Sequence record: SRR22947725_5645
Reading direction: 5' to 3' (one strand)
DNA length: 46,110 nucleotides
The notes beneath the pieces are model-generated. The model was not told where the DNA came from. It saw nothing but the letters and a program-made list of their open reading frames with translations, and ran no database searches. The position numbers and the translations under genes were made by a program. This document shows positions 20,645 through 30,025 of this stretch, in pieces. Each line of letters begins with the position of its first letter. The stretch's first letter is position 1.

Positions 20645-21660
20645 GCTGGGTCGGCTGCTAAAACGTAAGCCGTATGCCCAGCTTCATTAAGAAGATATGC
20701 GCCGAGCAGGTTAATTTTTAGTGATGCGGGACCTCGCACTGCGTACACGATCTCTGTAGAGAGCTCGTGGATATGATTCCGCAAGGCCATAAACGGGATG
20801 GCAAGCTCGCCCTCTATAGCTTCCGGCTGCGACTCATCCGGCTGATAGAGGTTGAGGATTTGCACTTGTGTGCCGTGAACCCGGACAGATTCTTCGATTT
20901 CTGTTGGGGTGATCACCTCAATGACGGGGTTTAATAATAAGTCCTCGAAGTCGGCCTCGGTAAGCATTCCAAGCTCGCAGGGCGCCGTCGCCATGACGGT
21001 TGCATTTCTGGGTAGGTCGCTGACTAGGGCATCTTGGCCGAAGCTCTGCCCAGCGGTGAGTTTTGCGACTTGGTTGACCTTGCCGTTCATTTCAATATGG
21101 ACAGAAACGGCGCCTGTTTTGATCATATAGAAATAATCGCCGGGATCGCCTTGCTTGATGATGATCTCACCACTGGTGACCTGTCGCGTTTTAAATCGCT
21201 TGAACAGTGCCTGAATGTTGGTCGGTGGGATGAATTCAAATAGTGGCGTTGAGAGCAGACGCTCCATCCAGTTACCGGTTAGAAGTGAATTCTCTGCCGT
21301 GCTGGCTGCCGCCTCAAGCAGCGTCTCGATTTCACTTTGAACGGCCTTGGGCAACGCAAAAACCGCGCAAGGTTCTTCGCAAACAGCGGACACCGTATGC
21401 GGCTGAAAATCATCAACGGCGCCATAAGTTTGGCTATCCGTTTCGGTGAACGGTCTGTTTTCAAATGCGTCGTTGACGAGATTGAGCCGACCTGTCAGCA
21501 GCCAATGCGAATCCGCATCATGACTGAAGCGCTTAAAAATGAGTGCGCCGGCAGGCTGATGTTTGATCTCGCCGCGCGCTGCGATTTTGGTAAAGTCTGC
21601 ATCGGAAAGCGCGGAAAAAGGGCTCAATCCCTTCAGGATTCTGAGTTGGCTGTCGTCCAT
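20641..21660 (-). CDS. Tandem cyclic-nucleotide-binding domain protein with degenerate C-terminal rhodanese-like domain
   Basis: Two CAP-effector domains; the second has QGDPGDYFY..FGQDALVSDLPRNATV. The C-terminus resembles rhodanese (IPFMALR...AYLLNEAGHTAYVL). No HTH. Confidence 0.8.
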   Translation of the reverse strand: MDDSQLRILKGLSPFSALSDADFTKIAARGEIKHQPAGALIFKRFSHDADSHWLLTGRLNLVNDAFENRPFTETDSQTYGAVDDFQPHTVSAVCEEPCAVFALPKAVQSEIETLLEAAASTAENSLLTGNWMERLLSTPLFEFIPPTNIQALFKRFKTRQVTSGEIIIKQGDPGDYFYMIKTGAVSVHIEMNGKVNQVAKLTAGQSFGQDALVSDLPRNATVMATAPCELGMLTEADFEDLLLNPVIEVITPTEIEESVRVHGTQVQILNLYQPDESQPEAIEGELAIPFMALRNHIHELSTEIVYAVRGPASLKINLLGAYLLNEAGHTAYVLAADPA

Positions 21661-21783
21661 TATGCGTCCTTCATGACCAAGGGAGATTCAGTATAGTCCC
21701 TCTGCGGTGATCATCAAGGCGCACCGCGTGATCTATTGGCATGACCTGGTTCTCGATTCAGCGAGCAGACGCCGTTTGAGTGG

Positions 21784-22149
21784 CTATTGTGAGGCTGTTT
21801 TGATCAGCGTCGCTGAGATTTGCGCGGCTCTCGCCATCGCTGATGGTTTGTGGGCAGTAACCTCGACCCGCGTCAGTGGATAGTGGGTCAGTAAATGGTC
21901 GGCGGCAACGACCGTCAGGGTCTCGAGCAATTTAAAGCGCCTGGCCTGGATGAGCTTGGCGAGATCTCGGGTGAGGGCATCATAGTCTATGGCCAGGGTG
22001 AGATCGTCCTTGCTGGCTGGCGGCGCAAAATCATATTCCAAACCAAGATCCAAATAGATTGTTTGTAAGACCTCGCGTTCTCGCGGGTAAGCGCCAATGA
22101 TGGTTTCTATTTCAAGCTGGGTGACGTCAATGCGGCCTTGTCGGGTCAT
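21784..22149 (-). CDS. folB: Dihydroneopterin aldolase
   Basis: [23 protein letters not shown] and HKPSA motifs; ATGA overlap with the tsaD stop. Confidence 0.88.
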   Translation of the reverse strand: MTRQGRIDVTQLEIETIIGAYPREREVLQTIYLDLGLEYDFAPPASKDDLTLAIDYDALTRDLAKLIQARRFKLLETLTVVAADHLLTHYPLTRVEVTAHKPSAMARAAQISATLIKTASQ

Positions 22150-23168
22150 GTGGCCAGCCCCTGAAGTTCGGTCATAGGCCATCTTGGGCGCGCAATGATC
22201 TCATGGTTATCGTGCTGCCATTGGCTTCGACGGAGTAGGCCCGCAATCGCAATCATCGCGCCGTTATCGGTGCAGAACTTAAGGTCAGGATAGCTCACCG
22301 CAACCTGTAAGGATTGGCTCAGGGCTTGAAGGCCCGCCCGAAGCGACGTGTTGGCGCTGACCCCGCCGGCTAAAACAAGGGTCGGATATCCTGTTTGTGC
22401 CAGCGCGCGGGTGCATTTAATTTTAATGGTCTCAACAACCGCGTCTTCAAAGGCCCGCGCGATATCAGCTCGATCCTGATCGCTTGGGTCCTTTAAGGCT
22501 CTTAAGGTGTTCATGGTGTGAGTCTTAAGACCACTGAAGCTGAAGTTCAGTCCTGGTTTTTGGGTCATTGGCCTAGGGAAGTGAAATCGGCCTTTGGCCC
22601 CGTGGGTTGCCAAAGCGGCTACCTGTGGTCCTCCGGGATAACCCAATCCCAGCATCTTGGCGACCTTGTCGAAGGCTTCGCCGGCCGCGTCGTCCATGGA
22701 CTCGCCTAGGATTTCGTATTCTCCAGGCTGGCTGCAGGCCATGAGCTGAGTATGCCCGCCGGAAACCAAGAGCGCGACAAAGGGATATTGCGTTGGTGTC
22801 TCCGTCAACTGGGTGGCTTGCAGGTGGCCTTCCATGTGATGAATGCCAATGGCGGGAATGTTCCAAGCCAGCGCAAGCGATTTGGCGATGCTTGCGCCAA
22901 CCAGCAGGGCGCCAATCAGGCCGGGCCCTTCGGTATAAGCAATCGCGTCGATCTGATCCGGTTTGGTTTCGGTTTGCGCCAAGATCTGATCAATCATCGG
23001 AAGGCATTTTCGGATATGGTCTCGGGAGGCCAACTCCGGAACAACACCGCCATAAGCTTTATGGACATCAATTTGGCTATACAGAAGATCGGCCATTAAT
23101 CCCAGGGAATCGTCATACAGAGCAATTCCGGTTTCATCACAAGATGTTTCGATCCCCAAAACGCGCAC
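22146..23168 (-). CDS. tsaD: tRNA N6-adenosine threonylcarbamoyltransferase
   Basis: [30 protein letters not shown] and CTDNGAMIA motifs. Confidence 0.98.
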   Translation of the reverse strand: MRVLGIETSCDETGIALYDDSLGLMADLLYSQIDVHKAYGGVVPELASRDHIRKCLPMIDQILAQTETKPDQIDAIAYTEGPGLIGALLVGASIAKSLALAWNIPAIGIHHMEGHLQATQLTETPTQYPFVALLVSGGHTQLMACSQPGEYEILGESMDDAAGEAFDKVAKMLGLGYPGGPQVAALATHGAKGRFHFPRPMTQKPGLNFSFSGLKTHTMNTLRALKDPSDQDRADIARAFEDAVVETIKIKCTRALAQTGYPTLVLAGGVSANTSLRAGLQALSQSLQVAVSYPDLKFCTDNGAMIAIAGLLRRSQWQHDNHEIIARPRWPMTELQGLAT

Positions 23169-23299
23169 GTTTGGCTCCAGACGGTATTGATTGAGATGGC
23201 AATTATAGACCGAGGGTTGCGTCGCGTCTGCAACGATTGGAGCGTGCGGGCAAAGACTAAGCTGGGTAAGGCTAAAAAGGTTTGGCCTTTTTTGGGCTT

Positions 23300-23337
23300 T
23301 TGCAATTGCTCGGGATTGTGTTTAGAATCCGCTCTCC
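23300..23337 (+). promoter_or_regulatory. Putative sigma70 promoter of the rpsU-yqeY-dnaG-rpoD operon
   Basis: TTGCAA (23300-23305), a 17-bp spacer, TAGAAT (23323-23328), then a GC-rich discriminator CCGCTCTCC. Confidence 0.65.
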
Positions 23338-23360
23338 ATTTGGCTGGTGTATAAGAAACA

Positions 23361-23576
23361 ATGCCCTACGTAAAAGTAAAAGAAAACGAACCGTTCGACA
23401 TCGCACTCCGACGCTTTAAGCGATCCTGCGAAAAAGCGGGTGTCCTGGCCGATGTTCGTAAACGCGAGTTTTACGAAAAGCCAACATCAATCCGAAAGCG
23501 TAAAGCGGCAGCGGCTGTAAAGCGGTATGCGAAAAAAGTACAAAGAGAATCAAGAAAGATGGAGCGGCTCTACTAG
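23361..23576 (+). CDS. rpsU: 30S ribosomal protein S21
   Basis: [27 protein letters not shown]...REFYEKP. Confidence 0.99.
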   Translation: MPYVKVKENEPFDIALRRFKRSCEKAGVLADVRKREFYEKPTSIRKRKAAAAVKRYAKKVQRESRKMERLY

Positions 23577-23697
23577 TCAGAGCCCTTTAGCGGGCTATGA
23601 CCCTCATAGCCTGATTATCCTTCAACACAGCCTCTGACCCTTGCCGCTGGTCTTGCACCCCCTTAGTCGTCCTTTTCCTGAACCATCGAGGCGTTTT

Positions 23698-24153
23698 ATG
23701 TCAGCATCCCTAAAAGATCGGCTACAAAATGATGTCAAAGATGCTATGCGAGCACGCGCCAAGCAAACCTTAGGTACCCTGCGTTTAATCATGGCTGAGT
23801 TGAAGCGACGAGAAGTTGATGAACGGATTGAATTATCTGATCAGGATGTGTTGCTAATCCTTGAGAAGATGGTGAAACAAAGAAGAGATTCCTTGAGCCA
23901 ATACCTTGCTGCAGATCGCCAAGATTTAGCAGACCAAGAGCAGTTTGAGCTTGATTTGATTGCCCAATACTTACCTGAACCCTTGTCCGATGAAGCGGTT
24001 TTAACGCTGATTGAAGAGGCCATCGAAGCCGCGGGCGCGCGCGAAATGTCGAAAATGGGTCAGGTAATGGGCTGGGTTAAAGACCGGGCGCAGGGCAGAG
24101 CCGATATGGCGAAGGTGGGCCAGCTGGTGAAGGCGCAATTAAGTCAGGGTTAG
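23698..24153 (+). CDS. GatB/YqeY domain protein
   Basis: LKDRLQNDVKDAMRA, KQRRDS, YLPEPLS and GRADM motifs; lies between rpsU and dnaG. Confidence 0.93.
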   Translation: MSASLKDRLQNDVKDAMRARAKQTLGTLRLIMAELKRREVDERIELSDQDVLLILEKMVKQRRDSLSQYLAADRQDLADQEQFELDLIAQYLPEPLSDEAVLTLIEEAIEAAGAREMSKMGQVMGWVKDRAQGRADMAKVGQLVKAQLSQG

Positions 24154-24213
24154 CTTGCGAATCCACAAGGCCCCTGCCACACTTCTTAGCCGTTAAAGTG
24201 CATTGGTATCGCG

Positions 24214-26052
24214 GTGATTCCTCCTACTTTTATTGATGAGCTTCTTGCCCGAACCGATATTGTTGAGATTATCGAGTCCCGGGTCGCACTTAAGAAAACA
24301 GGTCAAAATTTTTCCGGTCTGTGTCCGTTTCATCAAGAAAAATCCCCCAGTTTCTCTGTGAGTCAGGAAAAACAGTTCTATTATTGTTTCGGTTGTCAGG
24401 CTTCCGGCTCGGCATTGAAATTCTTAATGGAATTTGACCGCATGGATTTTTTATCTGCGGTTGAATCCCTTGCGGGTCGCTTGGGTTTGGCGGTGCCAAA
24501 TGATGCCTCAAGCGAGGATCGCGAGGCGGTTGCACAGCGTAAGTTGATTTTTGACACCCTCGCAGAGGCAAAAGATTTTTATAAACAACAGCTTCGATCG
24601 AACCCCCAGCGGGGACGAGCGGTTGATTATTTAAAACAAAGAGGCCTGACTGGGGAAGTCGCGAATCGGTTTGAAATTGGGTTCGCGCCGCCGGGTTGGC
24701 AGAATTTGTTGGGGTCAAAGCCTGAATCGTCAAGCTATCTGAGTCGTCTCTTAGATGCGGGTCTCGTGGTGACCCAAGATGCCGAGGATAAACGCTACGA
24801 TCGCTTTCGGGATCGGGTGATGTTTCCGATTCGGGATCTACGTGGGCGAACCATCGCTTTTGGCGGTCGGGTGATCGGCGACGGCAAGCCGAAATATTTG
24901 AATTCCCCTGAAACTGCGGTGTTTCATAAAGGGCGAGAGCTTTATGGCTTGTTCGAGGCCCGTCGCAGTCAGAAAAACTTGTCAAGGTTGCTGGTTGTCG
25001 AGGGTTACATGGACGTGGTGGCGTTGGCGCAAAACCAAATTGAGTTTGCGGTTGCGACTTTGGGTACGGCGACATCGGATGAACACATCCAAAGAATGTT
25101 TCGCCAGGTCTCTGAGATTATTTTTTGTTTTGACGGCGACGCTGCTGGCCGGCGTGCCGCTTGGAAAGCGATGCTGACGGTCCTGCCGCATTTGAGCGAT
25201 GGTCGAAGCGCTCGGTTCATGTTTCTGCCCGAGGGTGACGACCCCGATTCATTGGTAAGACGGATCGGGCAAGCGGCGTTTCTTGCCCAGCTGGCGGCAT
25301 CTCACTCGGTTGCTGACTGGCTCTTTGAAAAGCTGGCGCAAGATTTAAAAGACAAAGGCCTTGATCCAACTGGGATTGCCGGTAAGGCCGCGCTGAGTAA
25401 AGACGCAATGCCGTTAATTAATCTAATGCCGGAAGGTGTGTTTCGGCAGCTCATGATAGACGCCCTCTCGCAGAATACGGGTTTGTCGACCCAAAGGCTC
25501 CAAGATGTAACGGAAAAATACGACGGCTCGCTTGAAAGCGACATTCAAGATGCCCGGCCGCGGCATGACGAGACGACGCCCGAGGTTCAAAATGCTCGGG
25601 TCCCAGAGGCGATGATTCGTGCGAGTCTGGACCCTGCATTATCGCTGCTGATTCTCCAGCCCGAGCTGGCCTTTGAGTTTGAGGTCGAGGCCTTTGAGTG
25701 CTTAACGCGCGGAGATCAAGACCAATTGCTTCAGGCGATTGCCTTGGGCGTGCATGCAGGAAGCTTGAACTCTCCGGGTGAGATTCTCGCGAAGTTCAGT
25801 GGCAAACCAGAGCAGATGTTTTTAAAAAAGGCTTTTGAATACAAGCCTTTACTTGGAACAGAGCACCTTAAAGACGAGTTTATAGGGCTCATGAAAAGTA
25901 AGTTCAAACGCTACAGTCAGCAGGACGGACGGGCTCAGATCGACGCGTTATTGCAAAAACCGCCATCGCAATTGTCCGAAGAGGAGCGTGGGCTAATCCG
26001 GCAGTACTTTTCAAAGACGCCGGCTGGCGATGACCCATCATTAATCCCATGA
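24214..26052 (+). CDS. dnaG: DNA primase
   Basis: CPFHQEKSPSF..CFGC zinc finger, RFRDRVMFPI, KYLNSPET, VVEGYMDV and FDGDAAG TOPRIM motifs. Confidence 0.98.
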   Translation: MIPPTFIDELLARTDIVEIIESRVALKKTGQNFSGLCPFHQEKSPSFSVSQEKQFYYCFGCQASGSALKFLMEFDRMDFLSAVESLAGRLGLAVPNDASSEDREAVAQRKLIFDTLAEAKDFYKQQLRSNPQRGRAVDYLKQRGLTGEVANRFEIGFAPPGWQNLLGSKPESSSYLSRLLDAGLVVTQDAEDKRYDRFRDRVMFPIRDLRGRTIAFGGRVIGDGKPKYLNSPETAVFHKGRELYGLFEARRSQKNLSRLLVVEGYMDVVALAQNQIEFAVATLGTATSDEHIQRMFRQVSEIIFCFDGDAAGRRAAWKAMLTVLPHLSDGRSARFMFLPEGDDPDSLVRRIGQAAFLAQLAASHSVADWLFEKLAQDLKDKGLDPTGIAGKAALSKDAMPLINLMPEGVFRQLMIDALSQNTGLSTQRLQDVTEKYDGSLESDIQDARPRHDETTPEVQNARVPEAMIRASLDPALSLLILQPELAFEFEVEAFECLTRGDQDQLLQAIALGVHAGSLNSPGEILAKFSGKPEQMFLKKAFEYKPLLGTEHLKDEFIGLMKSKFKRYSQQDGRAQIDALLQKPPSQLSEEERGLIRQYFSKTPAGDDPSLIP

Positions 26053-26160
26053 ATTTTCTACCATTCTAGTGCGGCTTGCCCTGGTCTGGACTGGCTAAAC
26101 GCCCAAGACGACCCTATACTAATTTGCTCCTTTGGGGGGATGAAGCGAAAGAGGGGTGTT

Positions 26161-27969
26161 ATGGTCAGCGTTCTTGCTCAAAAACAATCAAGGTTAAAGA
26201 AGCTCATTGCGCTCGGTAGAGGGCAGGGGTACCTCACTTATTCTGAGGTGAACGACCATCTACCAGATGATATTTCGGATCCGGAACAGATCGAAGATAT
26301 TATTGGCATGATCAACGACATGGGGATCATGGTCTATGAAACGGCGCCGGAAGCCGATGATTTGATGGTCGAAGCCGACGTCACGGATGATCTGGCCGCA
26401 GATGAGGCGGCGGCGGTGCTTGTGGCCGTTGAAAACGAAACAGGACGAACGTCCGATCCGGTCCGCATGTATATGCGAGAGATGGGTACGGTTGATTTGC
26501 TGACCCGCGAAGGTGAAATTGAAATTGCCAAACGGATCGAAGAAGGAATACGAGATGTGCTCGATGCTGCATCAGGATTCCCGGGCATTGTTGAGCGCAT
26601 CCTGAGTCGCTATCAAGAAACCCAACAAGAAGACGGTAAGCTGATTGATTTGATCATTGGCTTTTTAGATCCTGCTGAGCATGTCGCGCCCGCCGCCCAA
26701 GTCGTCCCAGGAGAGGCCAAAGACGAAGATGCGGCTGAAGTGGATAACGGGCCTGATGCGGAGCTCGCAGCAGAGCGGTTCGGGATCTTAGAAAAACAGC
26801 GGGCTAAAACGGCTCGTTCAATTAAGCGCAATGGCCGTCAATCTGATGCGGCGCAAAAGGAACTTGCGGCTTTGGCGGTTGCCTTTCAGTACTTCAAGTT
26901 TATTCCGAAAGAGTACGAACGAATAATTAACGAGGTCAAAGCGCCGCACCAAGAAATCCGCCGTTCAGAACGCCAGATCATTGCGCTCTGCGTTCGCGAG
27001 GCCGGCATGAGTCGCAAAGCCTTTATGGATGCGTTTCCGGGCAATGAATGTGACTTGAAGTGGTCTGCCAAACAAATCAAAGCCGGCGTCAGCAAACTAA
27101 AGGGCGTTCAGGACGAAGTCGTTCGGGCCCAAAAACGGATCGTCAGTATCTCAGAAGCGGCGGGCCTGACCGTGGCTGATTTGAAGGATCTGAATCGCCG
27201 GCTATTTATTGGCGAGGCCAAAGCGCGTCGCGCGAAGAAAGATATGGTTGAGGCCAATCTCCGTTTGGTGATTTCAATTGCGAAGAAATATACCAATCGG
27301 GGTTTGCAGTTTTTAGACCTGATCCAAGAAGGCAATATTGGGTTGATGAAAGCCGTCGATAAATTCGAATACCGCCGAGGCTATAAATTCTCGACCTATG
27401 CGACTTGGTGGATTCGTCAAGCAATCACGCGTTCAATCGCCGACCAAGCAAGAACCATCCGAATCCCCGTGCATATGATCGAAACGATCAACAAATTGGC
27501 TCGGATTTCTCGGCAAATGCTACAGGAGATGGGGCGGGACCCAACGCCGGAAGAGCTTGGTGTCCGCATGGAAATGCCGGAAGAAAAGGTGCGTCGCGTG
27601 CTAAAGATTGCTAAGGAGCCAATCTCCATGGAAACGCCGATTGGCGATGACGACGATTCCTCTTTGGGCGATTTTCTGGGTGAGGATGCTAATGGCGATG
27701 CGGCCGCCGTGGGCGCGCCTTTGGACGTTGCAACAGAGGAAGGCTTGCGGGATGCCACCCGTAATATCCTGGCAGGCTTAACCGCCAGAGAAGCCAAAGT
27801 GCTTCGAATGCGGTTTGGGATTGATATGAATACCGATCACACGTTGGAAGAGGTGGGTAAGCAGTTTGATGTGACCCGAGAGCGGATACGGCAAATCGAA
27901 GCCAAGGCCTTGCGCAAATTGCGACACCCCAGTCGTTCAGACCATCTGAAGAGTTTCCTAGACCAGTAG
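26161..27969 (+). CDS. rpoD: RNA polymerase sigma factor RpoD (sigma70)
   Basis: Region 1.1, [32 protein letters not shown] and TRERIRQIE motifs. Start is 26161 or 26140. Confidence 0.99.
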   Translation: MVSVLAQKQSRLKKLIALGRGQGYLTYSEVNDHLPDDISDPEQIEDIIGMINDMGIMVYETAPEADDLMVEADVTDDLAADEAAAVLVAVENETGRTSDPVRMYMREMGTVDLLTREGEIEIAKRIEEGIRDVLDAASGFPGIVERILSRYQETQQEDGKLIDLIIGFLDPAEHVAPAAQVVPGEAKDEDAAEVDNGPDAELAAERFGILEKQRAKTARSIKRNGRQSDAAQKELAALAVAFQYFKFIPKEYERIINEVKAPHQEIRRSERQIIALCVREAGMSRKAFMDAFPGNECDLKWSAKQIKAGVSKLKGVQDEVVRAQKRIVSISEAAGLTVADLKDLNRRLFIGEAKARRAKKDMVEANLRLVISIAKKYTNRGLQFLDLIQEGNIGLMKAVDKFEYRRGYKFSTYATWWIRQAITRSIADQARTIRIPVHMIETINKLARISRQMLQEMGRDPTPEELGVRMEMPEEKVRRVLKIAKEPISMETPIGDDDDSSLGDFLGEDANGDAAAVGAPLDVATEEGLRDATRNILAGLTAREAKVLRMRFGIDMNTDHTLEEVGKQFDVTRERIRQIEAKALRKLRHPSRSDHLKSFLDQ

Positions 27970-28089
27970 GCCGAGTTAGCGTCCTAGTTAGGCGGTTTTC
28001 GACTGTTATTTGGGGCGTCACTGAGCGCTGGTCGCCGAACGCTGAGTGCGGGGCCGTAGGACAGCGCCAAATCTAAGCCAAATTTTGAC

Positions 28090-28145
28090 GGTCGATTGAC
28101 GCGGTCGTTCGACGAGGTCGTTCGACGAGGCCGTTCGACGAGGCC
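28090..28145. repeat. 13-bp tandem repeat, about 4.3 copies
   Basis: ggtcgattgacgc / ggtcgttcgacga / ggtcgttcgacga / ggccgttcgacga / ggcc in the convergent rpoD-SDR intergenic region. Confidence 0.85.
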
Positions 28146-28172
28146 CAGACGCTTTCAAAAACGATAGCTTGG

Positions 28173-28949
28173 TTAGTACTGAGCCGTGCCACCATCGACG
28201 CTGAGCAGCGCGCCGGTGATCCCGCCACCGACGTCGCTTGCAAGCAGAACGGCAACCGCCGCCACTTCCTCGACGGTGTTGGGTCGTTTAATCGCCGCTT
28301 CTTGCGAAAAAGTCGTGACCATTTCGTCGAAGGTCATGCCCATTGCCTCAGCGGTCTTGGGGCCATTATCCCGAACAATATCCGTGATGATCAGTCCGGG
28401 ACAGATGGCGTTCACGGTAATGCCTTCGGTACCAACCTCTCTAGCAATTGATTTTGTCATGCCGTTTACCGCATGTTTTGCGGTGCTATAGGCTGTCAAT
28501 ACGGGCTTGCCGTGTTTGCCTTCCATCGACGAGATATTAATAACGCGTCCCCACTTTTGAGGCAGCATCAGCTGCAAGGCTCGGCGGGTACCCCAAAAAG
28601 TCGAGTACACATTCCATTTCATACATTCGTCAAAGGATTCATCGCTAAGGGTTGCCGCCGGTTGCAAGTCACCTGCGCCACCCGCGTTATTCACCAAGAT
28701 GTCTAATCGACCAAATTGCTCGGCGGTTGCGCTAACGAAGTGTTCAATCGACGCCTGGTCCATCGCATCACCTTGAATGAAAACTAAGTGATCACCGGCG
28801 CTCAGTTCTGCGAGCATCGCCTCGGCTTTCGCTGGGTTTCTCGCCATGATCGCAACTTTCGCGCCTTCGGCGAGAAAAGCCTCCGCAATTGCGCGACCGA
28901 TCCCGGCTGATCCGCCCGTGATAGCAGCAACTTTTCCATCTAATTTCAT
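28173..28949 (-). CDS. Short-chain dehydrogenase/reductase (3-hydroxybutyrate dehydrogenase/FabG-like)
   Basis: TGGSAGIG, NNAG, YSTAK and VNAICPG motifs. Confidence 0.92.
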   Translation of the reverse strand: MKLDGKVAAITGGSAGIGRAIAEAFLAEGAKVAIMARNPAKAEAMLAELSAGDHLVFIQGDAMDQASIEHFVSATAEQFGRLDILVNNAGGAGDLQPAATLSDESFDECMKWNVYSTFWGTRRALQLMLPQKWGRVINISSMEGKHGKPVLTAYSTAKHAVNGMTKSIAREVGTEGITVNAICPGLIITDIVRDNGPKTAEAMGMTFDEMVTTFSQEAAIKRPNTVEEVAAVAVLLASDVGGGITGALLSVDGGTAQY

Positions 28950-28959
28950 CTGTTGGTCC

Positions 28960-29994
28960 TCAGGTTAATAAGTCAAATGCATTCAGCGCGTCAATTGAAC
29001 GCAGAGAATTGCCCAATAGTGTTTCGCCCAGCGCTCGACCCCGTTCATTGGCCAGATCCAGTGCGCTACAAATTACCACGGCATAGCAAAGGAAATACAG
29101 TGCACATTGGGTGAAACGTTGCCTGCAATCCTCGATTGGATAGTCAACGCCTAACTTGGTGAGTTCGGCGTGATAGAGCGCGACCCAATCTTGGGCATCC
29201 CGGACGGCATCGCTAGGGCTTTGCGTTAGAAAGTAGGCAAGATCATGCTCTGGTGCCGATTTTGATACCGCCTGGAAATCAACGAGCGCGATGTGATCCG
29301 GACCAAAAAAGATGTTGTCCAGGCGCATATCGCCGTGACTGATGCAAATGGGGTCTGCGGTAATGGTGTCAAGTAAGGTTGGCAGATGGTCCGGGAGCTT
29401 TGGAGCGAGGCGCTCGGCCTGCTCTGAAATCAGCTCCGGAAACAACCTCGTAACAACGGGCCAGCCGGCTGAAAACCCAGCCTGCATACCGGTAACTTGG
29501 GCCTCGTTATTGTGTCGCTCGATCGACGGGAACGCCGTCGTCTTGAAAGTCTCGGCATGAAATTTTGCTAAGGCTTTAACCACTTGCTCGCACTGCGCAA
29601 TGCTGCAGCCGACAACCTGATCACCAATCTCGTATTGGTCTAGATCCTCGAGCAGGAGCACGAAGGCGCGGGAGTCGGGATCATAGCCCGCATGAAAACA
29701 ACGGGGTGCGCGAATCGATAGGGTAGGCGCAATCTCGGTGTAAAAGGTGATTTCTCGCTCGTACATTTGATAAAGCCCGGCAACCGCGCGATTGTCGGCG
29801 ACGGGTGATTGGAACTTTGCGATCAAGGTTTTGGGACAACCCTCGCCTTCAAGGGTTACACGGGTCACGAGGCCCAATATACCGACCCCCTCACCTAACG
29901 GTTTGACAGAAAAAGCATTGACCTGGCAATCCAGTACGGCGCTTAACCAGTGGGTTGTCAGTACCTCCGGTGATATAGGAAAGAGTGTTGTCAT
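28960..29994 (-). CDS. APH/ecdysteroid-kinase-like phosphotransferase
   Basis: GEGVG glycine loop, YEREITFY, LLLEDL, HGDMRLDN and DFQ motifs. Confidence 0.85.
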   Translation of the reverse strand: MTTLFPISPEVLTTHWLSAVLDCQVNAFSVKPLGEGVGILGLVTRVTLEGEGCPKTLIAKFQSPVADNRAVAGLYQMYEREITFYTEIAPTLSIRAPRCFHAGYDPDSRAFVLLLEDLDQYEIGDQVVGCSIAQCEQVVKALAKFHAETFKTTAFPSIERHNNEAQVTGMQAGFSAGWPVVTRLFPELISEQAERLAPKLPDHLPTLLDTITADPICISHGDMRLDNIFFGPDHIALVDFQAVSKSAPEHDLAYFLTQSPSDAVRDAQDWVALYHAELTKLGVDYPIEDCRQRFTQCALYFLCYAVVICSALDLANERGRALGETLLGNSLRSIDALNAFDLLT

Positions 29995-30025
29995 ATGGCT
30001 TTCTCCGGGATTTTTATCGCAGGGC

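Noticed and set aside
24290-25075. 261-aa antisense ORF inside dnaG
   Set aside because: Fully overlaps a conserved essential gene, is Pro/Arg/Ser-rich and has no motifs; a shadow ORF. The same applies to the other short antisense and alternate-frame ORFs in the track.
28090-28145. CRISPR-like array
   Set aside because: Units are 13 bp and directly adjacent, with no spacers and no cas genes.
27970-28172. Possible tRNA after rpoD (GTTCGA motifs; a tRNA often lies here)
   Set aside because: No cloverleaf, acceptor stem or D-arm could be built; the GTTCGA copies belong to the 13-bp tandem repeat.
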